Source: Minisyncoccota bacterium
GTDB lineage: Bacteria > Patescibacteriota > Minisyncoccia > Phycocordibacterales > JABMNX01
NCBI GenBank assembly: GCA_965222715.1
Contig: OZ244961.1
Coordinates: forward strand, 365,458 to 429,457
Direction: 5' to 3'
Length of the DNA: 64,000 nt
Shown: piece after piece, positions 26,228 through 36,203 of the stretch
Layout: every line of letters starts with the position of its first letter
Numbering within the stretch: position 1 is the first letter of the stretch
Made by a program: the position numbers and the translations under genes
Notes under the pieces: generated by a model
What the model was told of the DNA's origin: nothing
Database searches by the model: none
The model's input: only the letters and a program-made list of their open reading frames with translations

Positions 26228-29200
26228 ATGTCCGAGCAGATACCATTTACCCACCTCCATACTCACTCGCACTTCTCCCTCTTACATGCGCTTCCAAAAA
26301 TAGCCGACTTGGTAAACGCAGCAAAAGATGATGGCATGAGCTCACTCGCACTTACCGACAACGGCAACCTCTACGGCGCAATTCAATTTTATAAGGTATG
26401 TAAAAGCGCAGGAGTAAAACCAATTATTGGTATTGATGCATATGTTGCAGTCCGCACTCGACACGAGAAAGAGGCACGTATTGATAATCGTTGGTCTCGA
26501 CTCGTCTTACTTGCAAAAAATGATATTGGGTATAAAAACCTTCTTAAGCTAGTAACTGTTTCTTTTCTTGAAGGTTTTTACTACAAACCCCGCATCGACC
26601 ACGAATTAATTGAGGCACATACCGACGGGCTTATCGCCATACTTCCCTCTTTCTCTTCGGAAGTGTCCCTTGCATACAAAGGAAATGATCCAGAGAAGGC
26701 AGAAGAGAAACTTTCTTGGTACAAAAAAGTATTTGATGAGAATCTATACCTTGAAATCACTCACCACCCAGAAGTTGAGGGGCACCAAGAACTCATGAAG
26801 ACGCTTGTTTCTCTCTCAGAGAAACAGACTGTACCACTGGTTGCTGCACATGATGTGTATTATCTCAAGCCGGAAGATCGACGGGCACGTGAAGCAATGA
26901 TCAAAATTCAGACTGGTTCAATTCTTCAAGAAGATCCCGAGGAACAACAAGAAGATTTTTCATTTATTACGACAGAGAAAGCTAATGAATATTTTAAAGA
27001 GTACCCTGAAGCCCTCAAAAATACACAAAAAATTGCTGAAATGTGTGATCTTGAGCTGCAGCTTGGCTCGTGGGTATTCCCTAATATTGAAAAAGGAAAC
27101 CATGAGACCTACGACGCTGCTCTTCGAGAACTGGCCTACAGTGGCATTAAGCGTCGTGAACTTGAGAAAACAGATGAAGTGGTTGATCGTCTTGAGTATG
27201 AACTCGATATTATTACAAAGAAGGGCTATGCTCCCTATTTCCTTGTGGTAGCGGATCTTCTAAACTACGCACATAAAAACGATATTCTCACCACTATTCG
27301 TGGCTCAGTCGCAGGCTCACTCGTTACGTACCTTGCTGGTATTACTAACGTAAATCCTCTTGAATACAAGCTCCCCTTTGAACGCTTCCTTAATCCAGAA
27401 CGCCCGTCTGCGCCCGATATTGATATGGACTACGCCGATAACCGACGTGATGAAATGATTCAATACGCAAAAGATAAGTACGGTGAAGACAAAGTGGCCC
27501 AAATTGGAACATTCGGTACGATGATGGCGCGTGGAGTGGTGCGCGATGTTGCGCGCGCACTCGGACACCCCTACTCACTAGGGGATCAAATCGCAAAACT
27601 GATACCATTTGGCTCACAAGGCTTCCCGATGACTATTGATCGAGCGTTTGAGATGGCTCCTGAATTAAAAGAGTTATATAAAAAAGAAAAAGAGGTACGA
27701 GAGGTTATTGATCTTGCAAAAAAAATTGAAGGGCGCGCACGACATATGGGTATTCATGCAGCTGGTGTGGTGATTGCACCTCGGCCACTGACTGAGTTTG
27801 TGCCACTTCAATATGATCCTAAGGGAGGAAAAATTATCACTCAGTATGATATGCACGCCGTTGAAGATGCTGGTCTTTTAAAGTTTGATTTCCTTGGGTT
27901 AAAAAACCTTGCCATACTCGCTGATGTGGTTGAGCGTGTTGAAGCTATTCATGAGGTAAAAATTAATATTGAAGACATTCCACTTGATGACAAAAAAACA
28001 TTTGAGATGTTAGCCCGCGGTGAAACTATGGGACTGTTCCAATTAAACGGCTCAGGTATGACACACTTCCTTAAGGAACTAAAACCAACACGTATCCACG
28101 ACATTAACGCTATGGTTGCGCTCTATCGACCTGGTCCAATGGAATCAATCCCTTCATACATTGAACGAAAACATAATCCAAGTCTTGTATCGTACCTTGA
28201 CCCACGCATGAAAGAAATCCTTGCACAATCATATGGGGTGATTGCGTACCAAGATGATGTGTTGATGATTGCAATTAAGCTTGCTGGTTACTCTTGGCTC
28301 GAGGCAGATAAACTGCGAAAAGCAATGGGTAAAAAAATTCCTGAAGTCATGGAAGCCGAGAGGCAGAAACTCGTTGAAGGTCTCGTTGAGCATGGTATGA
28401 CTGAGAAAAAAGCTGAGCAGCTCTGGAAGTTAATTGAGCCATTCGCAGCGTATGGTTTCAATAAAGCGCACGCTGCAAGTTATGGTCGTGTGGCGTATCA
28501 AACAGCATATATGAAAGCGAATTACCCTGTTGAATACCTCTCAGCAGTCTTAACCGCTGACTCAGGCGATGTTGATAAAGTATCAGAGTCAATTATTGAA
28601 TGTGTCCGAATGGGTATTGAGGTACTCCCGCCAGACATTAATGAAAGTTTTGGTGACTTTTCTGTGGTACCAGACAAAGAGGATCACACTAAATCAAAAA
28701 TTCGTTTTGGTCTTTACTCAATTAAAAACTTCGGTGAAGGTATTGCAAAAAGTATCATCGATGAACGTAAGAAGCATGGTAACTACACGTCACTTTCAAA
28801 CTTTCTTAAGCGTGTTCAAAACAAAAACCTTAATAGAAAATCACTTGAGGCTCTCATAAAGTCTGGAGCACTTGATCGGTTGAGTGAGAAAGAGCAGCGA
28901 GCTGCAATGCTTGAGCATATTGATGCACTACTTACATACAATAAAGACGTCTTGAGCATGCACACCGACCAAGACTCTCTCTTCGGTACTAATGAAAGCA
29001 CCACTGAAGAACTTACACTTCCTGAAACTCCCCCAATTGATACTGCACAAAAGTTGGCGTGGGAGAAAGAACTGCTTGGACTCTATGTCTCTGGTCACCC
29101 ACTTGAAGCATTTAAGGATGTGCTTTCAAAAAATAAATCTGACATTGCTCGCATAAAGACTGACCCCCGTGAAGGGATGCCAACAGTGATATACGGTATT

Positions 29201-29419
29201 ATCGAAGAAGCAAAACCAATTCTGACTAAAAAAGGTGACCAAATGGCATTCCTGCGGATAGCTGATTTTAGTGGAAGCATAGAAACAGTTATATTTCCTA
29301 AACTCTATGCGAAACATAAAGAACTTCTTCAAAACGAAACGTGTATTGGTTTGAAAGGCCGACTCTCAAAGAGAAATGGTGAATTGAGTATTATTGCTGA
29401 AGCGGTAAAAGCGCTGTAA
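26228..29419 (+). CDS. dnaE: DNA polymerase III alpha subunit
   Basis: PHP domain HLHTHS, RGSVAGS, PDIDMD, YGFNKAH, C-terminal OB fold. Confidence 0.97.
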   Translation: MSEQIPFTHLHTHSHFSLLHALPKIADLVNAAKDDGMSSLALTDNGNLYGAIQFYKVCKSAGVKPIIGIDAYVAVRTRHEKEARIDNRWSRLVLLAKNDIGYKNLLKLVTVSFLEGFYYKPRIDHELIEAHTDGLIAILPSFSSEVSLAYKGNDPEKAEEKLSWYKKVFDENLYLEITHHPEVEGHQELMKTLVSLSEKQTVPLVAAHDVYYLKPEDRRAREAMIKIQTGSILQEDPEEQQEDFSFITTEKANEYFKEYPEALKNTQKIAEMCDLELQLGSWVFPNIEKGNHETYDAALRELAYSGIKRRELEKTDEVVDRLEYELDIITKKGYAPYFLVVADLLNYAHKNDILTTIRGSVAGSLVTYLAGITNVNPLEYKLPFERFLNPERPSAPDIDMDYADNRRDEMIQYAKDKYGEDKVAQIGTFGTMMARGVVRDVARALGHPYSLGDQIAKLIPFGSQGFPMTIDRAFEMAPELKELYKKEKEVREVIDLAKKIEGRARHMGIHAAGVVIAPRPLTEFVPLQYDPKGGKIITQYDMHAVEDAGLLKFDFLGLKNLAILADVVERVEAIHEVKINIEDIPLDDKKTFEMLARGETMGLFQLNGSGMTHFLKELKPTRIHDINAMVALYRPGPMESIPSYIERKHNPSLVSYLDPRMKEILAQSYGVIAYQDDVLMIAIKLAGYSWLEADKLRKAMGKKIPEVMEAERQKLVEGLVEHGMTEKKAEQLWKLIEPFAAYGFNKAHAASYGRVAYQTAYMKANYPVEYLSAVLTADSGDVDKVSESIIECVRMGIEVLPPDINESFGDFSVVPDKEDHTKSKIRFGLYSIKNFGEGIAKSIIDERKKHGNYTSLSNFLKRVQNKNLNRKSLEALIKSGALDRLSEKEQRAAMLEHIDALLTYNKDVLSMHTDQDSLFGTNESTTEELTLPETPPIDTAQKLAWEKELLGLYVSGHPLEAFKDVLSKNKSDIARIKTDPREGMPTVIYGIIEEAKPILTKKGDQMAFLRIADFSGSIETVIFPKLYAKHKELLQNETCIGLKGRLSKRNGELSIIAEAVKAL

Positions 29420-29439
29420 AGAAAAATACAAAATAAAAA

Positions 29440-29469
29440 TCGAGCTACCCAGGAGTGGGTAGCTCGATG
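29440..29469. terminator. Bidirectional terminator
   Basis: ATCGAGCTACCCA...TGGGTAGCTCGAT between convergent genes. Confidence 0.7.
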
Positions 29470-29494
29470 AGCTTTTGTTTGTAATAGCTCGAGG

Positions 29495-30259
29495 TCACAG
29501 GACAAACGCAGAAGCAGATCCGTAGCGTTTGTAGACACGATCATACCAGCGGGTGCCAAACATAATACCACCTTCACCTCCACCGGTAATATAGAGCGGA
29601 GCATGAAAGAAATCGCCCCCAGAGTCTGGGTCATCGAACTCATCACCAGCACAATCCATATCCAACTCTTCCCAACGAACCAATCGATTGGGATGTGTCA
29701 AAATGATTGATCCGACAGCAAGTGCAGTAAGACCAAACTCGTTTGACAGAAAACACTCACGAGCTCGTCGAACTGATCGACCACGATGACGCATACCAAG
29801 TTGTGCTGGAACAACAAGGATATCTCCTGGCTGATTTTGAGCAATTATGTCGAGCGCGTGGGTCGTACGATTAGTTGTTCGCAAACGATCTGGAACAATC
29901 TGTCCATCACGGTAGCTGTACGCCTTTCGTGAATCAAAGATTTTCCCATACACAAGTCGGACCCCAGCACAGTAACGCTCAGTGTCGTCTGTGATGTTTG
30001 GGAAGAGTTTTTCAAGCGCTTTATGCGAGGGGATGGCAAACCAACCCTCTGCACCTTCAGGGAGCTTTGGTAAGTGTTCTACATACTCACGTGCGTCCTT
30101 AGGATCAAGGTTAAGAATTTGAGCAAGTATGGTTATCTGTTCCTTGATTGGTTTGGGACCACTGTACTCTGGCGGATACGTGTAGTTTGATTCCATTTCC
30201 TCAAGACTGACATCATTTTCGCCCCGAGGATCAGGAGATGCGGGTAACTCGTTATTCAT
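29495..30259 (-). CDS. Hypothetical protein with aromatic-rich C-terminus (possible CLec-like fold)
   Basis: 254-aa ORF; PAQLGMRHRGRSVRRARE, EFGL, THPNRL, DCAGDE...YGSASAF. Confidence 0.7.
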   Translation of the reverse strand: MNNELPASPDPRGENDVSLEEMESNYTYPPEYSGPKPIKEQITILAQILNLDPKDAREYVEHLPKLPEGAEGWFAIPSHKALEKLFPNITDDTERYCAGVRLVYGKIFDSRKAYSYRDGQIVPDRLRTTNRTTHALDIIAQNQPGDILVVPAQLGMRHRGRSVRRARECFLSNEFGLTALAVGSIILTHPNRLVRWEELDMDCAGDEFDDPDSGGDFFHAPLYITGGGEGGIMFGTRWYDRVYKRYGSASAFVL

Positions 30260-30435
30260 GATTTTGATCTTTCCGTGTCTATACCTCAATGTCCTTAAAA
30301 GAAACATTGAGGAGATTGATAAAGAACTGAATCATATGGTCTGTTTTTTTATGCTGTTTGTCAATAATATACCTATCCCAAAAAAGCAAAACATGGGTTT
30401 GCTCTTACTTAAAAAACTGGCTATTATAAATCTCT

Positions 30436-31683
30436 ATGGAGGAAAGAGATCATAAGAAAATTGGCCCTGAGCTTGGGCTCTATTACATTGACCCGGTGGT
30501 CGGCAAAGGATTGCCGATGTTTTTACCTAAAGGAGCGACAATGAAACGTGTGCTCGAAGACTTTATTATTAAAGAAGAACTACGACGTGGATACTACCAT
30601 GTACACACCCCAGATATAGCAAAACTCGATTTGTATAAAAAATCAGGCCACTACCCTCATTACAAAGACTCAATGTATGCACCCATAGTCATTGATGACG
30701 AAGAGTTTATGCTTCGCCCAATGACGTGCCCCCACCACTTCCAAATGTACGCATCAAAACCGAGAAGCTACCGGGAACTGCCTATGCGTATCGCTGAATT
30801 AGCACAACTCTACCGATACGAACAATCAGGTGAATTGATGGGTCTCCAACGAGTGCGGACGTTCTGTCTTGCTGATGCACACATTATTTGTGCGTCAGAA
30901 GAACAAGCAATTGAAGAAATTAGTAAAGCGCTCGATCTTATTGAATATGTTGCGGGAGTATTTGGCCTCACGCTTAATACAGACTACCGATATCGATTAT
31001 CACTCGGGAGTAGAGACGATACAGAAGGTAAATACTATAAAAACGATGCTGCCTGGGAGAAAGGAGAAGAGCTCCTACGGTCTCTTATGCAGGATCGCGG
31101 ATGTGATTTTGAGGAAGCAAAAGATGAAGCGGCATTTTATGGTCCGAAAATTGATATTCAAATGAAAAATGTGAACGGAAAAGAAGATACTGCGTTTACC
31201 TGTCAGTATGACTTCTGTATGCCTGACAAGTTTGACTTAACCTATGTTGCTGAGGATGGAAGTAAGAAGCGTGCATTTGTAGTACACCGCTCATCAATTG
31301 GTGCCATTGAGCGCATTATGGCGTTTCTCATTGAGCACTATGCTGGTGCATTTCCCTTCTGGCTCTCTCCAGTTCAGGTAAAAATTTTACCTATTAGTGA
31401 TACACATGGAGAGTATGCACAGGAAGTAGCACAGACTCTTGAAGGACATGGGATACGCTCTGAGATTGATGAAAGTTCAGAGACACTTGGCAAGAAAATT
31501 AGAAGTGCGCAACTTGAGAAAGTTCCTTACTGGTTAGTTATTGGAGATCAAGAAGTCACAAAAAAAGAAGTGACCCTTGAAAGTCGAGACAGTGGAAAGA
31601 TTGGATCAATGCATGTTGAGGATCTCATTGCACGATTTACAGAGGAAAATATTCCAACTTCTTCACAACCTTCTTCACAATAG
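30436..31683 (+). CDS. thrS: Threonine--tRNA ligase, short form without N-terminal TGS/editing domains
   Basis: RDHKKIG start, LRPMTCPHH, YRYEQSGEL.GLQRVR, AAFYGPKID. Confidence 0.95.
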   Translation: MEERDHKKIGPELGLYYIDPVVGKGLPMFLPKGATMKRVLEDFIIKEELRRGYYHVHTPDIAKLDLYKKSGHYPHYKDSMYAPIVIDDEEFMLRPMTCPHHFQMYASKPRSYRELPMRIAELAQLYRYEQSGELMGLQRVRTFCLADAHIICASEEQAIEEISKALDLIEYVAGVFGLTLNTDYRYRLSLGSRDDTEGKYYKNDAAWEKGEELLRSLMQDRGCDFEEAKDEAAFYGPKIDIQMKNVNGKEDTAFTCQYDFCMPDKFDLTYVAEDGSKKRAFVVHRSSIGAIERIMAFLIEHYAGAFPFWLSPVQVKILPISDTHGEYAQEVAQTLEGHGIRSEIDESSETLGKKIRSAQLEKVPYWLVIGDQEVTKKEVTLESRDSGKIGSMHVEDLIARFTEENIPTSSQPSSQ

Positions 31684-31698
31684 ACTTTATGAGAGCTA

Positions 31699-31732
31699 CA
31701 AAAAACGCCAAGGGTACTCTTGGCGTTTTTTG
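31699..31732. repeat. Dispersed palindrome family copy 3
   Basis: CAAAAAACGCCAAGGGTACTCTTGGCGTTTTTTG. Confidence 0.85.
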
Positions 31733-31755
31733 GTGCTCTGTTTAAGCGTTCTATA

Positions 31756-33120
31756 TTACCCTTTCTTTTCTTTCACAAACTCAACTGCCCGGAGAAGTGC
31801 CATCTTTGCACTCGTGTGTTGGGTAAGATAATTTTGATCAACACCACTTGAAAGAATATGTACTAGTCGCTCTATGTCTTTACTTCCCCAATTCTCGAAA
31901 TAGTCTTCAATTGACTCGTCTTTCAGTGTTTCCTCTTCCCCAAGTCGTCGTGCATGTAATCTATCAAGTTCGCACAATGCTGAGACTAATACTTCTGATA
32001 TATTGCGACCTTTTTCTTTAAATGAACGAACTACACGCAAAACCCCTTCTATATCTCCACGAACAATTGTTCGAATAAGTTCTGTTGTATGTGAAGCAGA
32101 TGGTGATACCTCGTATGTAGGTTCCTGAACTTTTTCCTGAGGTATAGTGTTTTGTGTTTCTGTGCTCGTATTAGATATAGGACGTGACACCTTTCCAGCA
32201 CGATGTAACTCAAGTACTGGCATTTTCCCGTCAGCACCTACTTTTAATTCGAGTGAATCATGCATAGCAGCAGTTGAGTGTGTGAAAGGAGAAGAAGGAG
32301 TGTACTCTACATCCTTTGAAGTTACCGTTTCTGCAACATCATCATGTCGTCCTTCATGTTCGTATATAGGTGCCTGGGTGTTCGCCGTAAATAGGTAAGC
32401 AAACACGTTATACATACGCGCACCAAATCGTCGAGTTACCAAAAAGTATGCAAGAACTCCACTCCAAAGGATAAGCATGAACCAGTAAAGAGTAGCGAGA
32501 AATGTTCCTGCTTTAAAACCAGTATACGGTACTTGGCTGAGTGTAATAAACGAGAGTGGTTGCGCGTCAGCACCAGGGAGTGCACTTACACTTACTGTTG
32601 GAGAATTTAATCCTCCTGGTCCCCCCGTACCTCCTGGACCACCAGTTGGAGTTGGGTCAGGTGTTGGGTCAGGATCAGGTGTGGGATCAGGGGTCGGATC
32701 CGGGTCTGGAGTGGGGTCAGGTGTTGGGTCGGGAGTAGGACTTGGTGTTGGACTAGGTGTTGGGCTTGGACTAGGAGATGAGCCACCACCGTCACTACCA
32801 CCATCACTAGAAGAACCGTTGTCATTTCCAGCACCAGTTCCACCACCAAAACCACCTCCACTACTTCCACCAGATGAACCGTTGTCATTTCCAGCACCAG
32901 TTCCACCACCAAAACCACCTCCATCACCGCCTCCACCTCCATCACCGCCTCCACCTCCGTCACCTCCAGCACCATCACCGCCACCGAAGGCATAGATTAC
33001 GTGACTGATATTGCTGGTAGGAACGGTTATAAGAGAAAAAAGCACAATACACACAATAAGGAAAATTGCTTTTTGGGGTGTAGATATATGCTTGTAATGT
33101 TTCTTTTTTAAGTTACTCAT
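31756..33120 (-). CDS. Surface protein with Gly-rich and Pro-Thr/Asp repeats, VPYTG motif + TM helix, and cytoplasmic C-terminal domain
   Basis: N-terminal hydrophobic segment, GGFGGGTGAGNDNGSS x2, (PTPD)n, LSQVPYTG, TM helix, RRF. Confidence 0.75.
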   Translation of the reverse strand: MSNLKKKHYKHISTPQKAIFLIVCIVLFSLITVPTSNISHVIYAFGGGDGAGGDGGGGGDGGGGGDGGGFGGGTGAGNDNGSSGGSSGGGFGGGTGAGNDNGSSSDGGSDGGGSSPSPSPTPSPTPSPTPDPTPDPTPDPDPTPDPTPDPDPTPDPTPTGGPGGTGGPGGLNSPTVSVSALPGADAQPLSFITLSQVPYTGFKAGTFLATLYWFMLILWSGVLAYFLVTRRFGARMYNVFAYLFTANTQAPIYEHEGRHDDVAETVTSKDVEYTPSSPFTHSTAAMHDSLELKVGADGKMPVLELHRAGKVSRPISNTSTETQNTIPQEKVQEPTYEVSPSASHTTELIRTIVRGDIEGVLRVVRSFKEKGRNISEVLVSALCELDRLHARRLGEEETLKDESIEDYFENWGSKDIERLVHILSSGVDQNYLTQHTSAKMALLRAVEFVKEKKG

Positions 33121-33198
33121 AACTACTTCAAATATAAAAAGGAGGGTGGGCGGTGTAAGCCACACCACCACTCCAAAAGTTCTTCGCGATACTCGACG

Positions 33199-34416
33199 TT
33201 ACAGACAGTCGAGGATGGCGTTCAAGTTCGCACCCTCGCTACTGCTACTCCGAGCCAAGATAGCGAGCTCACTCGGACTGTTACCCCCTGAGCCAAGTCG
33301 AGTACTCAGAAGACGAACACCACTGCTGTCCACTCGTGGATACATAACCTGACAACCGTTACCTGAGGCGTCCTTCATGAGAAACTGAGAGTCTTGTTGA
33401 CTTGCTGCTTCTCGAGAGACCGTCCGCTCCCAGTATACCAGATTCGGATGCTCCGAATGGTCTCCAGGTGACGCAGAAGCTGCCTCCCACCCACTCGAAC
33501 TCGGATAGTTCACCTGGAACTGAACCGAGGTAGAGACGGTGGTTGCACTTCCCCTCCCGTCGTCATAAGCAGCCATCAGTTCGCCATCCAGGTCACGCGA
33601 GACCGCCCCGTCCTCAAACGGATACGTCTCATTCCCTTCTTGCGAGTTGACTTCACGAATCCGAGCTTGGAGTGCCGCAGGAATTGAATCCCATTCCCAG
33701 AAACGAATTCTGAGAACATACGGATCATCCACTGCGGTGCTCGCGGTCTGGACCGGAGCTGCCGTCTGCGCCACCGGTTGAGCCGGGGGTTCTGCCGCCG
33801 TCGAAGTGCTTTGCGACCCCTCGACGTAAAACGCCCAGTTGTCACAGATATGCGGTCGAACGAGCACCCACGTTTGACCTTGGTGCTCGACGCGATACAC
33901 GTCGGCCGTCCGGTCATACGTCTGCGCCCAATCGCCCATCACGACATTCGTCCAGAGACGATGGGTGTTCAGTTGAGAACTCCACATCATCCCAGAGAAT
34001 TTCGTTCCCGGAACGAGCTGTTCGACAGAGGGGTTACTCCCCTTGATTAGTTCACGCCATTTGTCGTGAACTGCGGAAGGTACATTGCAACGATCCTTGA
34101 GAATGTGAAGCGCGTAGGCCACACTCCCTTGGTAGGGATGCGCACCAGGGCGCACCCAGTTGTTGTTCCTCGTTGAAGTGCAGGTGTCGACAGCGGACGT
34201 CGTCCGTTGCGGCACACCACCTACGGTTTCCGCTTGGGTTTCCACCTGGGCCGGCGCGCTGCTGGCGATCTGCGGGGGCGATTGGGTTGCCTCGGGTTCG
34301 ACATGACATTCGCCGATACCGACACAGCCGTTCATGTCCCCGTCACCGAGGTTTATGGCGCATGCTCCCAAAACAATCGGGAGAAACACCCACACAAGGC
34401 GAAGACGTTTGATCAT
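33199..34416 (-). CDS. Putative lipoprotein, GC-richer than flanks
   Basis: MIKRLR + hydrophobic stretch + LGA-C lipobox; AAGGAGG SD. Confidence 0.7.
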   Translation of the reverse strand: MIKRLRLVWVFLPIVLGACAINLGDGDMNGCVGIGECHVEPEATQSPPQIASSAPAQVETQAETVGGVPQRTTSAVDTCTSTRNNNWVRPGAHPYQGSVAYALHILKDRCNVPSAVHDKWRELIKGSNPSVEQLVPGTKFSGMMWSSQLNTHRLWTNVVMGDWAQTYDRTADVYRVEHQGQTWVLVRPHICDNWAFYVEGSQSTSTAAEPPAQPVAQTAAPVQTASTAVDDPYVLRIRFWEWDSIPAALQARIREVNSQEGNETYPFEDGAVSRDLDGELMAAYDDGRGSATTVSTSVQFQVNYPSSSGWEAASASPGDHSEHPNLVYWERTVSREAASQQDSQFLMKDASGNGCQVMYPRVDSSGVRLLSTRLGSGGNSPSELAILARSSSSEGANLNAILDCL

Positions 34417-34542
34417 TGTGCTAGCCCCTCCTTAGGGCTTGTTGTGAACACGATGTGAAAGAACTACTCTCTAACTGATGCTACCTACTACTACCTAAGC
34501 GCAACACAGAGAGCTACGCACGCACAATCCTTCCTTATAACC

Positions 34543-35196
34543 TTATGAGTTATTTTGGATTGTAAGCGCATAGCTTCCTACGTATACTGCCTCTACCACA
34601 TATCGCTCACTCTCAGCACCAAATGAGTTACAGGTTGAGAGCGTAAGTTTTCGCTTCCCTTCTTCAAAATTAACACGAACTACATCTGCTTCAGCAAGTT
34701 CAAGACTCTCTACTCGATACACATATCGAGTGGTATATGAATCTACAAAGACCTCATCTCCAACCTCAACGTTTTTTAAACCATTAAACGCTTGGTAATT
34801 TTTATTTATCACGTTTGGCAAAAAACTTGAGTGCCCGAAAATAAAAATATTTGTCTCTTCGTTAAGCAGTCCCGTTCCTGGGTACTGTACTACCCCATCT
34901 TGAAGTGCCTGATCAAGAACAGTGATATCACGACTCTCTGGGTGCTCAATGTTTATATCAATCGAAACTGATGGGATGCGTATATGTACTGCTTGTTCGT
35001 ACATTGTGTTCTCTTTTGAGTCTGATTGGGGGTAATTACTCGCAAGAGCAGCTGTTGTGTTATTTCCTGTATACTCTGGTACAAAATCAACAAGTGAAAG
35101 TACCAAGTATGAACAAAAGAAAATACAAAGAAACCATACCAGAAATCGCCATCGATTCTCGATAAGAAATAGTATGCTTTCTTTTATATCTTCCAT
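34543..35196 (-). CDS. Sortase
   Basis: N-terminal TM; IFGHS, LTLSTC, R(YVV) His-Cys-Arg triad. Confidence 0.88.
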   Translation of the reverse strand: MEDIKESILFLIENRWRFLVWFLCIFFCSYLVLSLVDFVPEYTGNNTTAALASNYPQSDSKENTMYEQAVHIRIPSVSIDINIEHPESRDITVLDQALQDGVVQYPGTGLLNEETNIFIFGHSSFLPNVINKNYQAFNGLKNVEVGDEVFVDSYTTRYVYRVESLELAEADVVRVNFEEGKRKLTLSTCNSFGAESERYVVEAVYVGSYALTIQNNS

Positions 35197-35258
35197 ATAT
35201 GTCCCGACCGTGACGCCGTGATGACCATCTTTATAAACTACGTATTTCTACACTATTT

Positions 35259-35346
35259 TAAAGATTTTGTCAAGTTTCTTTTAAATTATGTTATCACCCC
35301 CACCACCTCTCCGTGGGTCACCTACACTTCTTGACAAAAATCTTTA
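35259..35346. promoter_or_regulatory. Symmetric divergent -35 elements between sortase and CARDB-like gene
   Basis: TAAAGATTTTGTCAAG (35259-35274) and CTTGACAAAAATCTTTA (35330-35346) are near reverse complements, each containing TTGACA. Confidence 0.5.
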
Positions 35347-35368
35347 TGTGTGATACACATATATCGTT

Positions 35369-36148
35369 ATGATACAGCGTTTTAAAGAAAATTTTAATAC
35401 AGAAGCAGGCGCACGAACAAAAGACATGTTTGTTCGCAGTCTCGCTGTTATTGGCTTTTTTGCCATTCTCTTTGTAGGACTATGGGGTACGGTGCAAGTA
35501 GTAAAAGTTGCACCTCAGGCATTTTCAACTCTTGCTGCGGTAACCACATCCCTTACTCAAACCTTCTTCTCTGCTGATACCGAAGAAGGGCAAGAAGGGA
35601 ATGCTGAAGAGGCTTCTTCTTCAAATCAAACTGAAGAAAGTACTACTCCAAATGAAAACGTGAGTGGAAATGAGGAAAATACTCAAGGAACAGCACAAGC
35701 ACTTACTCCTGGAGAGCGAGTTGATAACGTATTCCCTATTAACGATAGTCGAGCGCCATCAAACCCAAATGGTGAACCAGATCTTGTGGCTCGTATTCTT
35801 TCCGTTGGTGAAATAAATAGTGCTGGTGTATTTGTTCCAAAAGATAGTATTACTGTTGGCAACAAAGGAGCCGTGATGTTTGAAGTACAAAACAACGGAA
35901 CAAAAACATCTGATACCTGGGTATTTAATGCAGTGCTACCAACCTTCCCTATGCACATTTTCCACTCACAAACCCAACAAGCACTAAACCCCGGTGAGAA
36001 AATTCAATATACCCTTGGTTTTGACCAAATTGATTACAATAAAAAAGAAGGTGTAGTTACTATTAATGTAGACCCCGCTGGAAGTATGAAAGAGTCAAAT
36101 GAAAATAACAACATTGCTCAGCGGGTGTTAAAAATCATTTCAAATTAA
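35369..36148 (+). CDS. Membrane-anchored protein with C-terminal CARDB/Ig-like domain
   Basis: PDL...V.N.G...VDP.....ESNENNN signature. Confidence 0.75.
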   Translation: MIQRFKENFNTEAGARTKDMFVRSLAVIGFFAILFVGLWGTVQVVKVAPQAFSTLAAVTTSLTQTFFSADTEEGQEGNAEEASSSNQTEESTTPNENVSGNEENTQGTAQALTPGERVDNVFPINDSRAPSNPNGEPDLVARILSVGEINSAGVFVPKDSITVGNKGAVMFEVQNNGTKTSDTWVFNAVLPTFPMHIFHSQTQQALNPGEKIQYTLGFDQIDYNKKEGVVTINVDPAGSMKESNENNNIAQRVLKIISN

Positions 36149-36166
36149 AGCAACGTATAGATATTT

Positions 36167-36196
36167 AAAAACACCAAGCTAACCCTTGGTGTTTTT
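36167..36196. repeat. Divergent copy of the palindrome family; terminator
   Basis: AAAAACACCAAGCTAACCCTTGGTGTTTTT with compensatory G>A/C>T pair. Confidence 0.65.
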
Positions 36197-36203
36197 TAAT
36201 ATA

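Noticed and set aside
8841-29419. Inteins or introns in rpoC, rpoB or dnaE
   Set aside because: Lengths are normal or short and no intein splice motifs are evident
32681-32995. Pro/Gly-rich ORFs on alternative frames
   Set aside because: Shadow frames of the low-complexity repeats in 31756-33120
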